Origin: Octopus vulgaris
Taxonomy: Eukaryota
Assembly: GCA_951406725.2 (NCBI GenBank)
Contig: OX597815.1
Coordinates: forward strand, 19,406,001-19,470,000
DNA: 64,000 nt
Reading direction: 5' to 3'
A program made the position numbers and the translations under genes. Within the stretch, counting starts at the first letter, position 1. The number at the start of each line of letters is the position of its first letter. Under the pieces are notes generated by a model. It saw only the letters and a program-made list of their open reading frames with translations, was not told where the DNA came from and did not search any database. Below are positions 57,641 to 64,000 of the stretch, piece after piece.

Positions 57641-58651
57641 AGGTTGTTAAGAAACTTATGCAGCAGAAACACGTGTCAGATTAAAGTTTAATGTAAAGTA
57701 AATGAAAATGAGAATAGTAAACAAAATTTGATGATGTATAAAAACAAGTATATCATGTAAATTCTAAAGAAACTTGTGAATTACCCTGTAAAACTAATTT
57801 GGTCAATAGTCCTTCCACTATTTAAGGAGGTAAAATATGATTTATGTTAGATATGGCCGCTATTTCTAGCTGGTCAAACGGCTATAAAGAGCTTCCTTAT
57901 TGACTCCCTTCCTGGTAGATGCATGTTAATTATATTTTTCTCTCTTTCATAGAACACATTTTTATATGTAACCTCAAAGCATTCCATAGTCGTGGAGCTA
58001 TACGTATGTATTTCAAATCATGATATGACGTGTTTAACACTGAAGAACAGAAATATGTTCCGTAAAATTTAGTTGTAGGTCTTCCGTCCATTGTACTAAA
58101 TGTATTCAGCAGAAAGCAGATCACTATTTTTATCTCCCCATTATTTGAACATTTTGTTGTTACAATACAGTGCTTTAAAATACATAAATTTATCTTGCTA
58201 AACCTGTATACCTCTTTCAATATCATTCCGGAACAATGACTGAACACAGGACGATTTTTTACTTCAAACAAAATGTCGCGCATGACATGTTCAGCGCCCA
58301 TTTTTGTCTATAATGTTAATATGTATTTTCCGAGTTCTTCTTGAAAAACATGTTTCAGGTTGACTAAGTATCTGGCATTCATTCAGAAATTTTATTTAAT
58401 AGAAAAAATCTTTTGAAACAAAATCATTTTAATTCTTGATTTACATTCAGACATGGGTGTAAAGTTGTTTTAATAGATAGGCAACTGTTCAAATTTGCAC
58501 ACTGTTATATACATATAGTGTAATCGTTACAGATGTACGTACATGAATCTTTACAAAGGTACATATACAAAGAGGGAAACACACAAACAAACACACACAC
58601 ACATATATATACATACACACAAATATATATACATATATGTATATATATGTA

Positions 58652-58727
<76 letters not shown>

Positions 58728-58960
58728 TGTGTGCGTGAGAGAGAGAGAGAGAGGGAGAGTTCAGTGTGCCAATAATCGAGAGGAATGAGTCTCATCAATA
58801 CATTGTGATAGATAAAATAGAGAGAAACATCAAACTTTCAGTAAATTGACTTAAAACCATCACCACCAGACTTTATTTGCAATACTTAACAATAAAGACA
58901 TCTAGATGATCTACTGAATAGAAACAGTATAAGAAAAGTGTTTAGTTACATACACACACA

Positions 58961-59032
<72 letters not shown>

Positions 59033-59034
<2 letters not shown>

Positions 59035-59208
59035 CCGGAGTAAACACATAAATGTGAAACAAGGTGGAAAAATGAGTACTCAAATACCAGTGGTAGAGTA
59101 ATATGCTTTATTTAAAGCAGCAGAAAATTCAACAAAACCTGTTACTCTGAGTTGCAACGGGAAACTCAGAGTAAATTTTCTTTTGAATTTTCAGGTGCTT
59201 TAAATAAA

Positions 59209-59214
<6 letters not shown>
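59033..59214. mobile_element. Probable PLE terminal remnant with ~52-bp-arm inverted repeat between (TA)n arrays
   Basis: 59101-59153 versus 59163-59214; contains a GAAACTCAGAGTA HHR-like 3' half. Confidence 0.6.
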
Positions 59215-59260
<46 letters not shown>

Positions 59261-59825
59261 CATAAATGTATATGTATGTATTTATGTATATATTATCCTT
59301 ATTATCTAATGATTTTATACATACCTCTCTCGATTCCAAACGTAGCCAAGAACATCGGAAACAATTTTTCATTACACCCTTACAGCAGAGATTAAAATTA
59401 TTATGGATAGATTAAAATGTTTTTCTGGTTTTATTTTATTTTATTTTATTTTATTTTTTCTGGTTGATCCAACAGATTCAACGATATCACGCATGGTTGA
59501 TCTAAAAGATTTTGAGGATATTACCCATTTATTATATTCCTAAAAAAATTGGTATTTTATACAATCAAAAGTAATGTGTTTTGAAATAGATATAAATCGG
59601 AATTTTTGATATGGATTCCCGCTTTGAGTAAGGGAATATATGCTTTTCTAGCTTTAAAATCACAGATTTGTTATGGAATATATAGCAGGACTGCTATTGC
59701 TGTGCATCGGAATTTGCTCGACCAAAACGGGAAGACTTTTCCTCACAATTCTACAAAGGCACAACAAAGATACAGACACATGCACAAAGAAATCCTCACA
59801 CCCAAGCTCACTCAAGTACTAATAT

Positions 59826-59867
<42 letters not shown>

Positions 59868-59958
59868 TTGTAAAAAAGAAGTTTGAAAATGCCACTATAT
59901 TAGATAAATTTTAATTTTAATTTTATATATATATCATATTACATATATATGTTATATA

Positions 59959-59989
<31 letters not shown>

Positions 59990-60780
59990 TCTCGTTGATA
60001 ATGCCTGGATTTGTTGGACAAGCTCCACTTTTCTAACAATGTTTGATCATCAAAAAAGTGTGTTCTTTTTTTTCTTTTGACCACAAGAGACACATTCCCG
60101 TTAGACGCAATTATTTTTTTTCTGTTATATATATATATATATGCACACACATGTATTACACATTCTAGCATAGATGAGCTATTGATGACATTCAAAGGAC
60201 CAATTTGAATGAACGTATATATATCCACTATAGTTTCATGTCCTACTGCTCGAAATTTTTTTTAAATTTAAAAGTACTCGAGGACTTCATTCTAACTGAG
60301 AAACACGGAACATATACAGACAGAAAGCTAATTACATTCTTCTGTCTCAAACAAAAAAAAAAACAAAACAAAAGAGACACTGGACAGCCGATTGTATTGT
60401 TCCCAGTATTTAATTGGATCTGTTATCGGGTCTACAAGAATGAAAGCCAAATTGACATCGGTGAGTTTTCTACACAGTACATGAAAGGTCATAACAAAAA
60501 TTAACTTTAATTTGTCGAGCAATTCTAACCGCAGTAGAATTCGAACTGGAAACGTTAACAGAAGTAAATTACCACAAGATATTTTGTCCGATTAACTATA
60601 CTTCCTCTAACCCATCACCCAAAGTATAGTAACTGCAGAGTGGTGCAGGTGAGGACATGACAAGGTTATATTACAAGAAATTATTTATTCTATACTGAAA
60701 CATTGGAGCAGAGCTTATGCCCTGCGTTTGCTCAACTGAATTCCCTCTAATTGAATAATTCACACCACAATTTAGTGAGT

Positions 60781-60878
60781 GTACGTATTATACATACTTA
60801 ATATAAGTATTATACGTATTATACATACTTAATATACGTACTTATGATTATAAGTATTATACGTACTTGATATATACT
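60781..60878 (+). repeat. Short AT-rich minisatellite (~30-bp unit)
   Basis: tacgtattatacatacttaatata is repeated. Confidence 0.7.
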
Positions 60879-61923
60879 ATAAACCAAAAAAGAAGCCTTA
60901 AGTTGGTAGGTAGACCAGCGAGATATATCATTTAAATCTCCGCAAACGACATGCTAATCCTTAACAAAATGGTACTGACTGGATAAGAGAGCAAATATAA
61001 ATTATTTCTGAAACGAAAGCCTGGCTGGTCATAAAGCACTGAGTGACTTTAAACATTGATCTTGAAGGTTCCGATGTTATCTAAGGCTAAACAATAATAT
61101 TTATTTTGTCGAATCTAGAAGCGGGAAAGTACTGTCTGGCATTATATATTAAGTCTCATACATGGCTTGGTCGAGTAGGGATATGGTGCACCAATATAAT
61201 GTCCATGTATAGTGAACGTTGATACCATGTTTGCATCACACGCAACCCCTTGCGTTTTATATTATTTCCATTCGCTAGAATATTATAAAGAATATTTCAT
61301 AATTTGGGTTTATTGTCTAAAAGCTTACAAAAAATTGATTTATTTTCTATGATGACCTGTTTCGAAAACTAATACATACATGCCAAGTACATTCACACAT
61401 TTCGATCAAGCATTGTATCTGACTTCATCATTGAAGCTAGATACATGCCTCCCAGCATTTAGATCGTCTTTCAGTGCCTATTATTTAGAATGTTGCAACT
61501 CAATCAAGTGGAAGTGAATGTGGGATCATAGCATTTTTGGTTGTGTTTTTTATTGGAATCAGTCCAAAGCTGCAACAAAAAATTGATAAATAATTATTTT
61601 AGCAGCAGACTCGACAAAGGATTTAATTATTAGCACAAAAACGGGCTCCATGTTTCTTTTGAAGTTGTTTTTCTCTGTCTTTAAAAACGGTTATTGGTTT
61701 CGGTTTAATCTTACAAAATATGGTTCATGCTTTTATTTTTATTCCCATGGTTTCCCTTCGATTGAGTCAATATTATTTCACTCAGTGACTAAAATTCGTA
61801 CAATAGCAACTATAGCAATCATTAACAGGGACACGGTACAATAACACGACAAGTGATCAATAGTTTACTTTTATACAGAGTTTGGCTTCTTAGAAAGAAT
61901 TTTAATAACATCTCTATATAACA

Positions 61924-62813
61924 CTTTTTTTATCACTTATACCTTTCTCACCACCAAATAGATATGTATATTGTTTGTTGACTTTCATTTAAAATTCTTA
62001 AGACTCCAGTGAGTGGAAAACTTGTGCCACCAGAAAAAAAAATATGGAGAGCTAAGAAGAAAACCTTTCTTTGCAGTGGAAGCTGGTGTCACTTAATCTG
62101 ATAAAAAATAACAGCAGCCAAATTCCACTCTACGAGCATTAAGGCAACGGGTCATTCGAGAATGTCATATAAGATACTAGTGAGGGCGTGTGGCTTAGTG
62201 GTTAGAGCATTCGGCTCATGATCGTAAGGTTGTGAGTTCGATTCCCGGCGACGCGTTATGTCCTTGAGCAAGACACTTTATTTCACGTTGCTCCAGTCCA
62301 CTCAGCTGGCAAAAATGAGTTGTACTTGTATTTCAAAGGGTCAGCCTTGTCACTCTCTGTGTCACGCTGATTATCCCCGAGAACTACGTTAAGGGTACAC
62401 GTGTCTGTGGAATGCTCAGCCATTTGCACGTTAATTTCACGAGCAAGCTGTTCCGTTGATCGTATCAGCTGGGACCCTCGTCGTCGTAACCGGCGGAGTC
62501 TTTAATAAGATACTACCTTTTTTTATCACGTATACCTTTTTCACCATCAAAGGTTGTTGTAAAATTATATTTTCAACACACTCCACATATATAGATACGT
62601 ATATTGTTTGTTAACTTTCATTTAAAATTCTTAAGACTCCAGTGAGTGGAAAACTTGTGCCACCAGATAAAAAAAATATGGAAAGCTAAGAAGAAAACCT
62701 TTCTTTGCAGTGGAAGCTGGTGTCACTTAATCTGATAAAAATAACAGCAGCCAAATTCCACTCTACGAGCATTAAGGCAACGGGTCATTCGAGAATGTCA
62801 TATAAGATACTAC
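61924..62813 (+). repeat. Recent tandem duplication (61924-62179 and 62517-62813)
   Basis: About 220 bp nearly identical (tagata.gtatattgtttg...gaatgtcatataagatacta). Confidence 0.92.
62180..62504 (+). mobile_element. tRNA-derived SINE, head A plus tail Y, with TSD ataagatacta
   Basis: tggcttagtgg A box, gttcgattcc B box; TSD at 62169-62179 and 62505-62515. Confidence 0.92.
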
Positions 62814-63187
62814 CTGCTTCTCCAAAATGGGGATGGTCTGTTTGCTATGAGTTGAACTGAAGTTTAAAAAACAGCAGAAATAAGAACAGCAAATATAATG
62901 GAATTTGCATTATTCTGAAGATATTAAGATGTGTTTTTACTAAAACAGTAAATAAAAAGAAATTAGGTCGAAAAAAATTAATAATTACTAAAATCTTGAT
63001 AATCTTGATATAAACTGGATATACAGATTGCTATCTATAATGTAGATGGAAAGTTATGCTATATTTATGTACACGTTTAATTTTCTTATTTTAATCTAAA
63101 TATCTATGTAGATACCCTTACATTTTAGGGACATGTTAAACGGTATGGACTTTTATCTCGCTCACTAACCGGTTTAGTGTCAACAAT

Positions 63188-63237
63188 TACACACACACGC
63201 ATACATACATACATGCATACATACATACATACATACA

Positions 63238-63270
<33 letters not shown>

Positions 63271-63316
63271 GTATGTGTGTGTGTGTTATATATATATGTA
63301 TATATGTGTCTATATA

Positions 63317-63350
<34 letters not shown>

Positions 63351-63371
63351 CGTATACATACACGCATATAT

Positions 63372-63431
<60 letters not shown>

Positions 63432-63462
63432 GTATGTATCTATGTAGGCATGTATGTATGTA
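63188..63462 (+). repeat. Compound (CATA)n/(TA)n/(TATG)n microsatellite
   Basis: Directly visible. Confidence 0.9.
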
Positions 63463-63607
63463 CAAGATGAAATACATATTCATCTCCTTTGTAATCTAAA
63501 AATTCATTAACGAAAATAAAATAGATGTCTGCATGATTTTATTTAACGTGTACTCACAACATTACATTGTTGCATGCTTAATCCTTTACTTACACACACA
63601 CACACAC

Positions 63608-63659
<52 letters not shown>

Positions 63660-64000
63660 TTACATGCATACATATACATACACTGAAACACACATATGCA
63701 CTGACACAGAAACACATATACACAAGTACAGATCAAGAACCAAGATCAAAATCTACTGATTAAAAGTTGTTTATGTGGGAACGCGTCCAGTCTTTTTCAT
63801 AATTCCATCTCATTACCCCTCTCTAAGTTTTCACCCTTCACTTACCCTCTTTCATATTATATGCAGTCTTTTCTTTAATTTCCACTGTTGTTTTTCATCA
63901 TAATTTAGTTTGTTTATAAAAAACCTTAAACTCATCTCTTCCAATCTCCTTAAATATAAACGTATAAATAACTATTATTTTTTTTTACTTTCCTGCCTTC

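Noticed and set aside
57930-58301. ORF containing APRLWNAL (and TRLWN at 10237-10440)
   Set aside because: Echoes the L2/CR1 LINE C-terminus, but a single short motif is too little for a call; not a host gene.

Overview
AT-rich, microsatellite-saturated eukaryotic non-coding DNA. It is most likely an octopus (coleoid cephalopod) long intron or intergenic region, inferred from the tRNA-derived SINE families and the density of (TA)n, (GATA)n and (TACA)n arrays. No intact protein-coding gene is visible, and nearly all listed ORFs are microsatellite artefacts. Recognisable content: several SINE families (some multimeric, some with shuffled head/tail modules, several with target-site duplications), two decayed Penelope-like element (PLE) coding remnants, a deleted mariner, a hAT-type MITE end and (GATA)n-embedded retroposon 3' ends. 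The most striking signal is a dispersed set of short cassettes, mostly bracketed by (TA)n, that carry minimal type I hammerhead ribozyme (HHR) folds from several unrelated sequence families. Two of these show compensatory changes of the core 3-8 pair (U3-A8 and G3-C8). One element has two intact-looking HHRs in ~237-bp direct repeats that would release a 502-nt RNA (retrozyme-like). A strong candidate recursive splice site (37530/37531) and a candidate 9-nt microexon suggest the window lies in a long + strand intron. All folds and alignments were made by eye; nothing was computed or searched.
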